Part shown: positions 10,821 through 24,425 of the stretch, piece by piece | How the letters are laid out: every line of letters starts with the position of its first letter | How positions within the stretch are numbered: position 1 is the stretch's first letter | Assembly: GCF_023055435.1 (NCBI RefSeq) | Contig: NW_025963868.1 | Span: 22,754,001-22,818,000 of the forward strand | Reading direction: 5' to 3' | DNA length: 64,000 nucleotides | Source of the DNA: Haliotis rufescens | Taxonomy: Eukaryota | Position numbers and translations under genes: made by a program | The notes under the pieces: generated by a model | Seen by the model: the letters and a program-made list of their open reading frames with translations, nothing else | Databases searched by the model: none | What the model was told of the DNA's origin: nothing

Positions 10821-13800
10821 GTGAGTTGGATTATCACGAGTGCCGGTTTTATTTTGTGAATCTACTGCTTTAAATCGTTGAAATATTGCCGCATTTCTTA
10901 TCATAGTGTCCTGTTTGCTTTTCATGTCAAATACTTTAACATAATCGCATTTGAGAGAAAATCTAGGGAATACTTCACACCGCATCGCCGAAATCAGACT
11001 TCCTCCTATTTCTGATATTGATTGATTGATTGACCGTTGATTGGATTATTCTAAAGCGATCATTAATTATACCACGTCAGTGATGGTTTTAGGAAGTTTA
11101 AGCTTAAAGTCGAGCCGTTTATCCACGCCGCAGCTGTTACCAGCTTTAAAATATTCAGCTCAACGACATATGCAGGGCAAATAAATACGTATTCGTGGGC
11201 TGACGGTCACATTGCAATGACAAGCTATTGAGGATGAGGACTTTTGTGAAGGTCATACTTACAAATTAGAATGGATGTTTTTGAAAATTAATTTAATGAA
11301 GTATTTAATATGTTCACAAATGAAAAATGGTAGAGTTCATTTCAAATTTGAATGAGGTTGAATTTTCTCATTAAGGTTGTTTGTTTAAGATATTAACATT
11401 GCCCACCATTTTCACTATTGTTTATATAGTTAAAGATGTTTCATATTTTGAGTATTATAAACATTATTTGATTCCATAGTTTAATACACATCATGATTGA
11501 TGATTGAGAAGTTCTTGTTAATTTACACTCATGCAATGTGGACATGCTCTGTCATGTTAATATATATAATTCAACTAGTTATATTATTAAACAAAATAAT
11601 TACAGAATATATTAATGTGTATTAATATTATCCACATGTTGCCATAAAGGAAACTATAGAAAGTCATTCAACAAAACCTTGTTAATCTGGAAACCTCAGG
11701 AAACAACACAAACTCATCCAAATGATAGAGATTTATGGGCTCGGTATGTAACTATTTATAACAGATATATTGAAACAAATGAAACAAAAACACTGAAATA
11801 CCAGATTAAATATAGAAGCTCAGATGGCTTGGATTAAGTTATTTGATGATCATTGATGTTGAGTGACAGGAGATCTGTGTCCTGGATCCTGTCTTACTGA
11901 AGGTGACATAGGTGCATTCAAACAGCTGCTCACATCCTTGAGGACTCGGTACATACCTACGCCCCTCCCTAGCCCTTATTGAGGTATATGTAGGGATTTG
12001 TCCAGACCTGTAGACAAACACTTAGTCAATGAAAACATTTCTTTGAAATAATTTTTTTTTTTTTATCAAATGAAGCTTGGTTCAGTTTGATCTAGACTTC
12101 CCTGGGCTTTTAGTGTTATATATATTCCACAGTCATGGCTCAGGACGACCAGACCTGATCAGAGGCTAGTATTTGGCCCAATGTCTGAAGCTAATGTCTG
12201 TAAAAATTCCCAATTTGGAATTAAATCTTTTATATAGAATTTAAATAAAAAGAGTCATGTTATCTGCAGAGGTGACTTGTATTTCACTGATACGACCAAT
12301 AAACATGAAGAGGATTTAATGTGTAGTGTTACATTTGAATGAAATATTAACATGGTTAAAATACCCCTGAATTTGAGGAGGTGTTTTTCCTCAGTTTGTC
12401 AGCCAATGGCACTTCGTTGAAATCCTAGATAAATCCCTTATGTCTAACTGTAATTCAGGTTAAAAAATGTTGGTCCAAACCTACAAATGGGGGTCCCATA
12501 GAAATGACTTCTTGATTTCTAACTCAGCAAGAGTTTGAGCCTGCCCCTAAAGCTGAACATGCTATTCTGTCTACATGTTCTATAGGAACATGCTATTCTT
12601 TCTACATGTTCTATAGGAACAAGTTGTACAAAGAGCTGGTCTGTAAGGGTTCACACACCAACCATAATCCCTGGATACAATGTGTGAATACTGTAGCCAT
12701 TGTCATGTGGGATTTTTAAGCCGCAGTCAGTAAATACAGGCTGTCACTGTTTGTGAAATACTACTCACTCAATAAGTTACATTTGGTACAGCTCATTTAA
12801 TCATTTACGTGATGTAACCAGGGATGCGGAAATGTTAGACGTGACCCTCCCAGCAGCCCCTTAATTGGACAAGTAAATGTTTGCCTATATCTTTGGAAAA
12901 GTGAAAAATTCTCTAGAAGCTCAAGTGAAATATCGCGTATCAATGACATCTACTCACTGGGATTTCACAAGAAATATGTTTTCATATAATGTATTTCATT
13001 TTCTGATTATGGCTTTTGGTCTGGATAGTCGAATCTGCAACCCCCAAAGTATGGAGCGCCTTGCTTCCGATACTTGTTAAAGCTAGTAACGTAGACTTGA
13101 TGCAAGTCGCTTGTTTAACTTGGTACTTCATCTATCAACAAAATGTTGTTAACTACGTTGTTTTCCCTGTACATGATATTGATAAGTCGACATTTTCAAA
13201 TTCATAATGGCAACAAAGTTCTAAATGCTATTTCTTTGAATTTCTTTCTCTTCATTTTAAGGGTAGGGTTGGGTAGCCGAGTGGTTTTAGTGTTTGTCAT
13301 ACTGAATACCCAGGTTTTAATCCCCACTAGACAATGACAATGTGTGAAACATTCTTGGTGTCCCTATCTGTCACTGTTAATTTTATTAAAACTTATTCAA
13401 ACATTAGCGGACAATTGAACAATTATATAAAATGTTGAAAAAATTCATACTGAAGGAGAGTGGATTAAAAAAACGTCATTTCATCTAATACAGAAAATAA
13501 AAGAACTGATGAATATTATTTCAAAATATTCACTCCAAGTACAAAATAATTGAGGTAAGAATCCTAACTGTTATGGTTAAGTCAAAAGATGATATCAAAG
13601 ACTGTTCAACTGTTTTTCAAGCAAAGTGCATCTTCATCAAACAGGAAATATGTGTGTTTAAGCTGAATCCTGCAAGGAATTTTGCTCAAATATATATGTA
13701 CTCCTTAAGAAGGACAGTGTAAGCTGGACTCACAGGCCGTGGTTTAAGCACAGCACGCTACTGGCCAACCATGTCTGGATGTACTTAGCCAGCTCTATGT

Positions 13801-14048
13801 AAATACATACTTTATCTGCCTAGCAGCGCAGGAGATCACTAGTCTTCAACTCCAGAAGGTGACTTTGACAAGAAAACTCTCACGAGTGTAGATACTGTAG
13901 ATGTTGTAGTTGAAAAATAAACATTGATAGAGACATGGTTATCTGGCTGGGATTTGAGGGATACAAACATAGGTCACTGTCCCCGTTCTATTACAGAGTG
14001 TTCCCTGGAAAATAGTCGGTATGGGAGAAAATCTCTTTGTGACAGAAT

Positions 14049-14559
14049 CAATCTCATTAAAATCAGATCTCAGTTTTCACTACTGCTAAACAAAGATCTG
14101 AGGATATCCCATTACGGGTCACATTTGAACAACCTTTCGCGAATTTTGACCAACCGTTGAAATGACTGTCAAGAAATCGACATTGGCCAATCAGATGGCA
14201 GCTTTCTCGAGTTTTTCGAACACTAGTTTCAAACTGGTGATTACGCTTCGAAACATATTTTGACGTATTCTCGATTAAAAAATTTAAAACTGATAAGATG
14301 AACATGCTGAAATGGCTTATAGATGGCCTAGATTGTATGGATATAATAATAAAACCTGTAACTGTCGTTCGGAATACCCCTTGTTAAATATATCGTGGTT
14401 GCCTGATTAGAAAACACATTCAGACTGTCACTTTCAGGATCTGGTAAGCGACGCTCTGATTGGTTGGATGAAAGGTTGTTCTGACGTGACCCACAATGGG
14501 ATACCCTCAGATCTTTGTTTAGCGATAGCAAGAACTAAGATCTGATTTTAATGAGATTG
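14049..14559. mobile_element. MITE family 2 (~90-bp TIRs beginning CAATCTCATTAAAATCAGATCT)
   Basis: Long TIRs; imperfect 9-bp TSD TGACAGAAT/CGACAGGAT. Confidence 0.88.
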
Positions 14560-15640
14560 CGACAGGATGAATTGGAATTTTAGTCAGGCTTGTGGCGTTT
14601 CTACAAATATTAAGGAGATTTGATATTCTTTACAACTTTGTCAAATAAAATTTAAATTTAAACCCAAGGTCGTTATTTTTTATACATTTGTGCAACCAGG
14701 GTGTGTTTGGTTTACAGCTATTAATACTCATGCTTCTGGTATGGAGCATAATTCGCTAGGCAGAGTTGTATCCCTTTGATGTGCCAGAATCCGATGACGT
14801 TAGTTCCAGTTCAGATCCAAAATTTGCCCTGATGATGATTCTTGGTGTGTCTACTCCATTCCCGTGGGGTGATATGCTGTAAACACAACGCGCCTAGTCA
14901 TCCCCTCGCAGGCAACCAGTCCGACAACCTTTCAGTTGTATAACCTGCTACAACTCACAGTCTGTGTACATGAACACTTCCCGACATGTTGAATAAACAC
15001 ATTACTGTTACAGCAACATTTGTTCAGCTATAAACTGGAGATGTCCTAGATACAGCCCCCATTTTAGTAGCAAACAGATTGCCCATTCTTCCCATATACA
15101 TTGTATCTCATTAACATTCATGCTGGAATAATGAATCCGCAGACTGGCTGCAGAAAGTCCTTGAAAGATTGTATTGTGACAGAATTATATGAGCTAAAGT
15201 TCAAGCAGGAGTCGATTTAACTGCTGGCCCATTGGCCCATGGCCAGTTAAAATGACAAAGGGCTTGCTGAAACGTAAAGTAGATGGCTGTCTGGCTAGTC
15301 AAAATTTCACCCCTTCTCTGTGTATGTTTGATTATTTTTTTTTTGATCATCTAGGTAGAATGACATTTTGTAATGTGTGCAACAACTTCTTTATTTGCTG
15401 ATAAATCACCAGGACATGAGGCAAATGGAAGCCAAATTTAATCTCAGAGAAATTGTGTCAGTGTTTGTTCACATCATTTTGCTAAAGAATATCTCTTGCT
15501 GATTGTGTATAATATATATGAGAACAACAGTGAACAGAGTATTTAAACAAACAATATGATTTGTAAGCCTGGTAAGTGTGCCTTTGAGTCATCAGGAACT
15601 TAATTTAACTATGTCTTTGCCATTGGCGTTCTAATACAAA

Positions 15641-15808
15641 GGGGCGGTGGGGCAGTCTAGTGGTTAAAGCGTTCGCTCGTCACATTGGAGGCCCGGGTTC
15701 GATTCCCCACATGGGTACAATGTGTGTACAAAAGTCCCATTACAGTGTACCCACGGGGATATTGCTGTAATATTTCTAAAAGTAGCGTACAATCACACTC
15801 ACTCACTC
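15641..15808 (+). mobile_element. SINE family A copy
   Basis: A/B boxes and (ACTC)n tail. Confidence 0.88.
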
Positions 15809-16709
15809 AAATACAAGGAATTTGAAACCCTATTGATGCTTTATCAGTGAAAATTCCACTCCAGCTAGGTCGTGATGGTATTGTTGTTTGACATGCAACA
15901 TGTCCATTAAACAAGACAACAGTATTACTTGCTTTGCAAACAATTGACATTTTTGTGACAAGACCTGACCTTATTTAGATGTAAAAATCTATGTTGACAT
16001 GAATTTTTCAACGCATTCAGTAACTCCTAGACATGTCATCACAATGAAATTGCATCACTATCCTTTGCAGACCATCGTGATGTCACAATTAAATGACATC
16101 ACTAATCTCTCTACTGGTTAGCTGTACTTTTTACTCTCCAGACACTGGTTATTACTGTTTATAAACTGAAAAAGTTGAATGAATGTTTTCGGATGATGAA
16201 TAGAATCTCACCTCAGAATTTTAAAACTTTTATGGACTTTTTTATCAAAAGATACTCCAATATTATGCTCTGTAAGATGCTCTGTGATTTTAGAAAACTT
16301 AGGGCATGTAACGTCAAGAATGGCCTGATGTACATGTACCAGTAACCATCTACAACTGGCATTCAAAGGTAGTCACAGGTTTACGACTGTGACCTTGATG
16401 TCTACAGCTGGTGACGTGACTCACTTCACTTCCAAGTGTTTCATTGACATCATAGCTCATAGTGTGTTGTTGTTTTTTATCACAGTCTGTAAATAATTAA
16501 GTCAGGACCAGACAATCCAGTGACTGACTTAATGAGCAAAGAGGGTATGATGACATGCAATCAGCCAAGTCACTGTGCCTGACCATCCAATCCATTTAGC
16601 ATGTTTAGTGCCCTCTTAGACAAGCATAGGTCCCTGGGGACCAATATTCTTACCTATTTTTCCTACTGTTTTATGTGGTGATAAAATGCTGGTTATCGTG
16701 TATTTGCAG

Positions 16710-16803
16710 GCAGGAGGAATGGATAGAGCACGGCGCATGCCGAAGATTGCGGACTTTGAGAAGGAGTCCATGTTTGGATATGTGTACGCAGTATCCGGCC
16801 CTG
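16710..16803 (+). CDS. ATP6V1A: ATP6V1A exon 2 (internal ATG at 16719)
   Basis: tttgcag|GCAGGAGGA then MDRARRMPKIADFEKESMFGYVYAVSGP|gtaagt. Confidence 0.93.
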
Positions 16804-16820
16804 GTAAGTGCAGGGGAAAC

Positions 16821-17524
16821 AAAGGGCTGAAACAATCTGCTCGTCTGTCGTATTGATGAGTGGCAACAAGAATTGAAGAAACTCTCGTCCTACTGGTCGA
16901 GTACACATATTTCAATCTATCAATTCATCTCTTAATGTTTTCAATAAAATATTCAGGATAATTTCGAACATAAAATACGTTTTCATCCTTTGCACGATCT
17001 AAATAATAACATGAAATACATGTCGCTCATATCGTTCAAAAATAAATAGGAAGTGCGCTTGGGCAGCAGGTTTCGAAACTAAGTTTTAAAGGGAGATAAT
17101 TTAAAAGATTATTTTTGTTCGAAGTGTCGTGTTACTTATGCTCAAAGCGATAGTGAACAGCTGATGATTCGTTTTGTGAGGGAAATGGCTGACATACAGA
17201 AGTTTTTGATCGGGGATGGTGGGTTAACAACAAAAAACTTAATTGAATTAACAAACAGGCCGAAAAAAGGAAAATTTCCCCCAAACAGTATGACTGAAAA
17301 AAGAAAACGAACTGTGCATGAGGCTTGGTTGAGCGGGTTTGAATGGGTTGAGATGAACGTAGGTGACGGGGACTTCTGTTTGCACTGTCTGCTGAAAATA
17401 ATGACTGGGAATATAAACCTTAAAGAAATTTGACAGGGGAAGTGAAAATATTACAGGACGAGTACAAAATATTATCTGCTTGCCCTGCAGGACAAGTTGG
17501 GTTTAAGAATTTTTTCGAGTCCTG
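16821..17524 (+). mobile_element. Internally deleted hAT-like DNA transposon with an N-terminal transposase relic
   Basis: Right end TTTCGAGTCCTG; subterminal CTCGTCC/GGACGAG; ORF 17164-17433 has KRKR..W...FEWV..FCLHC. Confidence 0.5.
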
Positions 17525-17782
17525 AAATGGATCAACTTTGTTATTGATGACATGAAATAGCCATCATTAAGTAATACACCCATTATTTGATGTGCATGGA
17601 AATTTGGAATTATGGTATCTAGAGGTCCTTGCTGTCGTCTCCTGTTTATTTGAATAAATATTTGATTCAAGGACCTCCTATGACAAGGACTCCATGACTT
17701 TCCAGCTTGATTTCGAGCACTATGTGATTTTGAATCTGAAGTGTTGGGAGTTTGTTGGTAACCATGGTAACCTGTGTTTCAG

Positions 17783-17911
17783 TGGTGACGGCCCAGCAGA
17801 TGTCGGGCGCGGCTATGTACGAGCTGGTGCGTGTGGGTCACGCGGAGCTGGTGGGGGAGATCATCAGGCTGGAGGGGGACATGGCCACCATCCAGGTCTA
17901 CGAAGACACCT
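17783..17911 (+). CDS. ATP6V1A: ATP6V1A exon 3
   Basis: [43 protein letters not shown]; donor GTATCCTT (U12 type). Confidence 0.96.
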
Positions 17912-19179
17912 GTATCCTTCCACCCAGTTATGTGGAGCAGGGGGGGGGAGTGCACTAACCAATGGGCGAGAAGTGACCACAATGAATACTAGTCATAGCT
18001 TCATGGGTGCTCCAAGCAGTGTCTGTGTTTATTCTCATGTAAATGCAATCAATTTGTTTTTTATTGTTATCACATTTTAAAAAAATGACAGTGAAAAATA
18101 GAGAAATTGAAATTTTTTTTTTGCCTCTGTTAGTGTTAAAGAAAATAACTTTTCATTACAATCACCATGATCACCGACGCAAGGCACTGAGAAAAAAGAA
18201 CCTGCGAACTAAAGTGAAATACAGGCAGGCTTAAGGTGTTGTAATGACATGTGTCTATGTTCACCTAACTAATGAAATGAGGCCTAAGTCAAATGAACAA
18301 TACTGAAATCAGTGCCAGCTCCACCATTACTTGATACTGCTGTGTGAGACTTTTAATGTAATCTGGGTGCTTATTGTCCTGAGTACTTGCTGGCCCAACT
18401 TGAGCAGGGCTGTCTGGAACTGTTGGTTATAAAAATCAACTTGCATCACCGGGCTTTGTTGTTAATGACATTGTAAATACTTGACAAGATTATCAATTAA
18501 TATTTCCCTTAGCATTCCATTGTGAATTTTAGAATTTTTAAAGGAAACTTCAGTTCAGTCAATCAGTACTTGATAACATATTGTATTTCTGTACTATGCA
18601 ATTAGTAATATCAGGTCACCTGCTTGATTTTATAAAGTAGCCACGTGGCAAGTGCTTAAATAATATTGGTCGCCAAGTAAAAATTTCAATCGCCGTGGCG
18701 ACCTCATAAGTTGTAACTTTGAGGCCAGCACTGCAAGCAGTCTGTATGTATTCACGATGTAGGAATGTAGTGTGTACACAACCTGTGAAGTACTGACAAA
18801 GAAGGGCACCTGCGAGGTAGTCCTTCATGCCAGCACTGCAAGCAGTCTGTATGTATTCACGATGTAGGAATGTAGTGTGTACACAACCTGTGATGTACTG
18901 ACAATGAAGGGCACCTGCGAGGTAGTCCTTCATGCCAGCACTGCAAGCAGTCTGTATGTATTCACGATGTAGGAATGTAGTGTGTACACAACCTGTGATG
19001 TACTGACAATGAAGGGCACCTGCCAGGTAGTCCTTCATGCCAGCACTGCAAGCAGTCTGTATGTATTCACGATGTAGGAATGTAGTGTGTACACAACCTG
19101 TGATGTACTGACAATGAAGGGCACCTGCGAGGTAGTCCTTCATGCCAGCATCTGCTTGTTTCCTCCTTGACTCCCTCAG
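17912..19179 (+). other. ATP6V1A: U12-type (minor spliceosome) GT-AG intron
   Basis: 5' site GTATCCTT; branch TCCTTGAC at 19164-19171, about 10 nt before the acceptor CAG. Confidence 0.88.
18724..19150. repeat. Tandem array, 105 bp x 4, inside the U12 intron
   Basis: Units start at 18724, 18829, 18934 and 19039. Confidence 0.96.
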
Positions 19180-19269
19180 CTGGTGTGACTGTGGGCGATC
19201 CCGTACTGAGAACAGGAAAACCTCTCTCTGTCGAGCTGGGGCCAGGAATTATGGGTAGCATCTTTGATG
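19180..19269 (+). CDS. ATP6V1A: ATP6V1A exon 4
   Basis: [30 protein letters not shown]|gtaagt. Confidence 0.96.
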
Positions 19270-19580
19270 GTAAGTTCGGAGTCAATGTATCTCTTTCATC
19301 AATTTTGACGTAGTTTTGTTTGTTTTGTTGTTTGTTGTTTAACACCACATTCAGCAATATTCCAGTTATATGACGGCGGTCTGTATGACAGACTCCCCGT
19401 ATTGGTTTAATTTGTGAAGACCCTTTCCGTGATGAAAAATTCCTGGAATAATGTGACTGGCATGAAATAACTTTCTCCCATTCACTGATTCACTCACTCA
19501 AAGTGGTGTTAAACTCTGATGTGATATTGCTGGAATATTACTGAAAGTAACGTATAACCTCACTCACCCACTATGTGCAG

Positions 19581-19702
19581 GTATCCAGCGTCCGTTGGAG
19601 GACATCTCAGAGCTGACACAGAGTATCTACATCCCCAAGGGAATCAACACGCCAGCCCTCGACCGCTCCAAGAAGTGGGACTTTGAGCCCCTCAACATCA
19701 AG
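19581..19702 (+). CDS. ATP6V1A: ATP6V1A exon 5
   Basis: [41 protein letters not shown]. Confidence 0.96.
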
Positions 19703-20266
19703 GTGATCATACTTTTCTTTTTACTCTTATTCATTTTTTGCTTAAAGATTATCTCCCTTGTCTTGGAGATCTTGAACCTATGATGTAGGCCTTTTGATGA
19801 TATTCTTGTTGTCATGTGATACTAAAACTAGAACTAAAATTTGGCCTAGAAATACATTTCTTTGACTTCCAAAAGTACAGGGGATATTATTGTGACGTAT
19901 ATCAAGCGAGGTAACCATGTTACTCAGTTGAAGATTATCTCCCCTTGCTTACACGTTTCTATCAGTGTTCAATTAAACATAATCATTAATCCTGTTTTAT
20001 GCTTTAGTAATTTTTTAAGTTTAGTAATTTTAAGAAATTTTGGGTTTAATTGGAAATGAAACATTACTTTTTCTGGAATATGATTATATGCCTATTTGTG
20101 ATATAAGTCTCAAATCTGTTCTTAATTTGTTCAAGTTAGCCGATGCTTTCACAACAGTTTTATACAGCTTTTAATTATTTTTTGTTTAACTGATGTTTGA
20201 TTGATGTTATATGGTTCATAAACCCTGCTCCTGAAACAATTTCATACGTATTTCGTTCTTCATCAG

Positions 20267-20404
20267 ATCGGGAGCCACGTGACCGGTGGCGACATCTACG
20301 GCGTCGTGTATGAAAACATCCTCATCAAGCACAAGATCATGGTTCCTCCGAAGGCAAGAGGAACCGTCACATTCATCGCCGAGCCCGGATCATACGATGT
20401 CAAC
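20267..20404 (+). CDS. ATP6V1A: ATP6V1A exon 6
   Basis: [46 protein letters not shown]. Confidence 0.96.
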
Positions 20405-20826
20405 GTGAGTTGATTTGTTTCCATGTTCGCTGCTCCCTATACTTGGGCAGTGCCTTAAACTTGCTGGCGTCAACTTAGCAATCCGTTGTCATGTGGATAG
20501 AGCATATCCATGTTTAACCTCACTCCTCTCATGTTAAGTTGTATCCCTGAAATGGTGTATGTGAAATGTTCCTCGAGATAATAACAATTAAAAAAGCGCA
20601 ATATTTCTGACTCTCAAAACAGCTGACCTTTTAAAAATGATAAGACTATATTCCACTGATATTTTCACCTAAAATCTTTATCAAAACACTGATATTAATA
20701 GTAATTAAAATTTCCCAATATTTCTCAACTGATCTTTGTGATGATGATAATAACTTTTTCCCCAAATCTCTCCATGAAATTTTCTCAAGACTACTGAATG
20801 ATAACTGTCTGATCGCCCACTTGCAG

Positions 20827-20978
20827 GAAGTGATTCTGGAGACCGAGTTTGACGGAGAGCGCACCAAGCACACCATGTTGCAGGTGTGGCCCGTGCGTCA
20901 GATGCGACCCTCCGCTGACAAGTTGGCCGCTAACTACCCTCTGCTGACTGGACAGAGAGTACTTGACTCACTCTTCCC
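20827..20978 (+). CDS. ATP6V1A: ATP6V1A exon 7
   Basis: [51 protein letters not shown]. Confidence 0.96.
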
Positions 20979-21066
20979 GTAAGTCACATCATGACTACTC
21001 CCATATTTCAGCATAAGATAGGGTGCTGTTCACATTCATGCACATCCAACTGCTAATAAGAGGGAT

Positions 21067-21238
21067 TGAGTGAGTGAGTGAGTATGGGTTTATGCCGCTT
21101 ATAGCAATATTCCAGCAATATCCCAGCAATATCACGGCGGGGAACACCAGAAATGGGCTTCACACTTTGTACCCATGTCGAGAATCGAACACAGGTCTTC
21201 ATCGTGATGAGCGAACGCTTTAACTACCCGACCGCCCC
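21067..21238 (-). mobile_element. SINE family A copy
   Basis: TSD ACTGCTAATAAGA. Confidence 0.88.
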
Positions 21239-21508
21239 ACTGCTAATAAGAAGAATAAGTCCCCAGCAAAAAGAACTCAGTCTGTGCCACAAACATTTGA
21301 GTCTCATAGTTTTCTCATATTTTATAGTTTCAGTAGATTTTGGTGTTAATATATGGAGTATTATTAGCAGAGATTATGAAATCAGATTAAGTTTTATTGG
21401 ACTCGGGTGCTGGCAAGTGGCTGAAGTCTGAGACTCTGGAAGAGTTCCTGTTTTCTATGCATGTAATACATATGACACGTGAGTGATCTGTGTTTGTGTG
21501 TTCCCCAG

Positions 21509-21671
21509 ATGTGTGCAGGGAGGAACCACTGCTATCCCAGGGGCCTTTGGGTGTGGCAAGACCGTCATCTCCCAGTCCCTGTCCAAGTACTCCAACAGTG
21601 ACGTCATCGTCTACGTCGGCTGCGGGGAGAGAGGAAACGAGATGTCAGAAGTACTCAGAGACTTCCCACAG
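21509..21671 (+). CDS. ATP6V1A: ATP6V1A exon 8 (Walker A)
   Basis: [54 protein letters not shown]. Confidence 0.98.
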
Positions 21672-22003
21672 GTAATGATCTGTTAAGATGTATAAATTTT
21701 GTTATTTCTGTGCTTGAAGGTCAAAGGTCAAGGTCAGTATCCAGGTTGTGAGGTCATTGTAAGAGGCAAGGTCATGAGGCTACAATGGCTGCTGTAATAC
21801 CTTGATGAGTTGCAGCTGATAACACTGTTCAAAATCCGACATGAAAGTGAATGGGTCTTGTCACAAGCCTTATGTTAAAAGTTTCAAACACTATAGGAGA
21901 AAACCTCAATGGATCCAGGGCCCCCTTTAAGTGTGAGCAATGCTGCCCGACATATCATGTGGGTATTGGAATAGAAAGTGGGTAATATCATCGTTTACTG
22001 GAA

Positions 22004-22956
22004 TTATGTCTCCCCCAGAATGGAGGGAGACATATTGTTTTTGGCACGGTTCCCGTCGGCATCGGCGTCGGCGTTCCCACCGTTTCCGGACCATAACTCA
22101 GAAACCGTTTAATATTTTTTCGCGAAACTTTGTATACACATTAACCCAGCACTGAAGTGGTGCCTTTTGCTATTTAGAGATTTTTGACATTTTTATTTTT
22201 TCTCGTTTCCATGGAGATAACTTGAACATAGACTCTGAATGGGGGTAAGCTTTGTTTCCTGACCATAACTCAGAAACCGTTTAATATTTTTTCGCGAAAC
22301 TTTATATACACATTAACCCAGCACTAAAGTGGTGCCTTTTGCTATTTAGAGATTTTTGACATTTTTATTTTTTCTCGTTTCCATGGAGATAACTTGAACA
22401 TAGACTCTGAATGGGGGTAAGCTTGGTTTCCGGACCATAACTCGGAAACCGTTTAATATTTTTTCGCGAAACTTTGTATACACATTAACCCAGCACTGAA
22501 GTGGTGCCTTTTGCTATTACAGTTTCCATGACATCACATTTGTCATTGTGTAGAAGACCTGCAGAGTCAGATACACGGGCAATTACATCACAGAGACTTT
22601 CCTTTGTGCCATATAACATTGCTACATCATTTCTGATATGTTGGGGATATTAATATATTTGTGTCCAAACTCTATTAGAACTTTAAGTGGATTTTCTACA
22701 AATACTTCAGTAACAAGAAAACTGTGCTACTTAGATGACTACACTGTCAGGTGGGTAAATGATTGAGGGATTAGTGGTGTTGATTAGACGCTGAAGTGGT
22801 GCCAATTAGTTGTTTGAAATTTCTAGGAGTTCCATTTTGTATCTGTTATTTAGTAATGGAGGGTGGGTATGAAGAGATTGGGTTAACGTGAAGTAAACAA
22901 ATGAATGGGGAGTGGGGGGAGACATATGTTTTTACGAGTAAAAACACTTTCTAGTT
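22004..22956 (+). mobile_element. Non-autonomous Helentron/DINE-like element with 172-bp internal tandem repeats
   Basis: subTIR TATGTCTCCCC / GGGGAGACATA; 5' inverted repeat; 3' hairpin TGTTTTTAC-GA-GTAAAAACA followed by CTAGTT. Confidence 0.75.
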
Positions 22957-23073
22957 CACTGAAGGGGTGCAGTGTAATTTTTTACCCGGCATAATATTAA
23001 AAAAATGTTTTCCAAAATACTGAATCCGCTAGAGGGGGTGCGCATTATACTTGGGTGTGCACTATACTCATGA

Positions 23074-23735
<662 letters not shown>

Positions 23736-23798
23736 AGCTCTGTCATGCACAGTGTGACCCTGGGGTGTTGTTGGTCACTGTTGATGCACTATTACCCA

Positions 23799-24029
23799 AC
23801 CCATGGAGATCTAGGTTAGAATTGGTCTTTAGCAACCCATGCTTGCCGCAAGAGCTGACTCACGGGATCGGGAGGTCTGACTTGGTGGATGCATCGTATC
23901 CCAATTGCGTAGATTGATGCACATGATGTCAATCACTGGATTGTCTGGTCAAGACTCAATTATTTACAGACATTCATCATGTAGCTGGAATATTGCTGAG
24001 TGCGGCCTTAAACAACAAACAAACAAACA
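23799..24029 (+). mobile_element. Family C copy
   Basis: Matches the consensus; (ACAA)n tail. Confidence 0.85.
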
Positions 24030-24173
24030 TGATATAACTGACATACTGTTAAACTTAACTCTGTCACAAGCAAATCTTTTGCAACACACAAGTGTGTGGG
24101 GTAGTCTAGTGGTTTAGGCTATTCCAAAACCCTTATCACTGACTATTGCACAATCTGTCAACAACCACTGTAA

Positions 24174-24425
<252 letters not shown>

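Noticed and set aside
14788-14841. C/D box snoRNA candidate (GAATC-CGATGA...CTGA..GATTC)
   Set aside because: Imperfect C box, too short, and only partial apparent rRNA complementarity; would need snoscan or small RNA data
19578-19590. CAG|GTATCC at the start of ATP6V1A exon 5 as a recursive or U12 donor
   Set aside because: Explained by the Gly-Ile-Gln codons; lacks the TT of the U12 consensus
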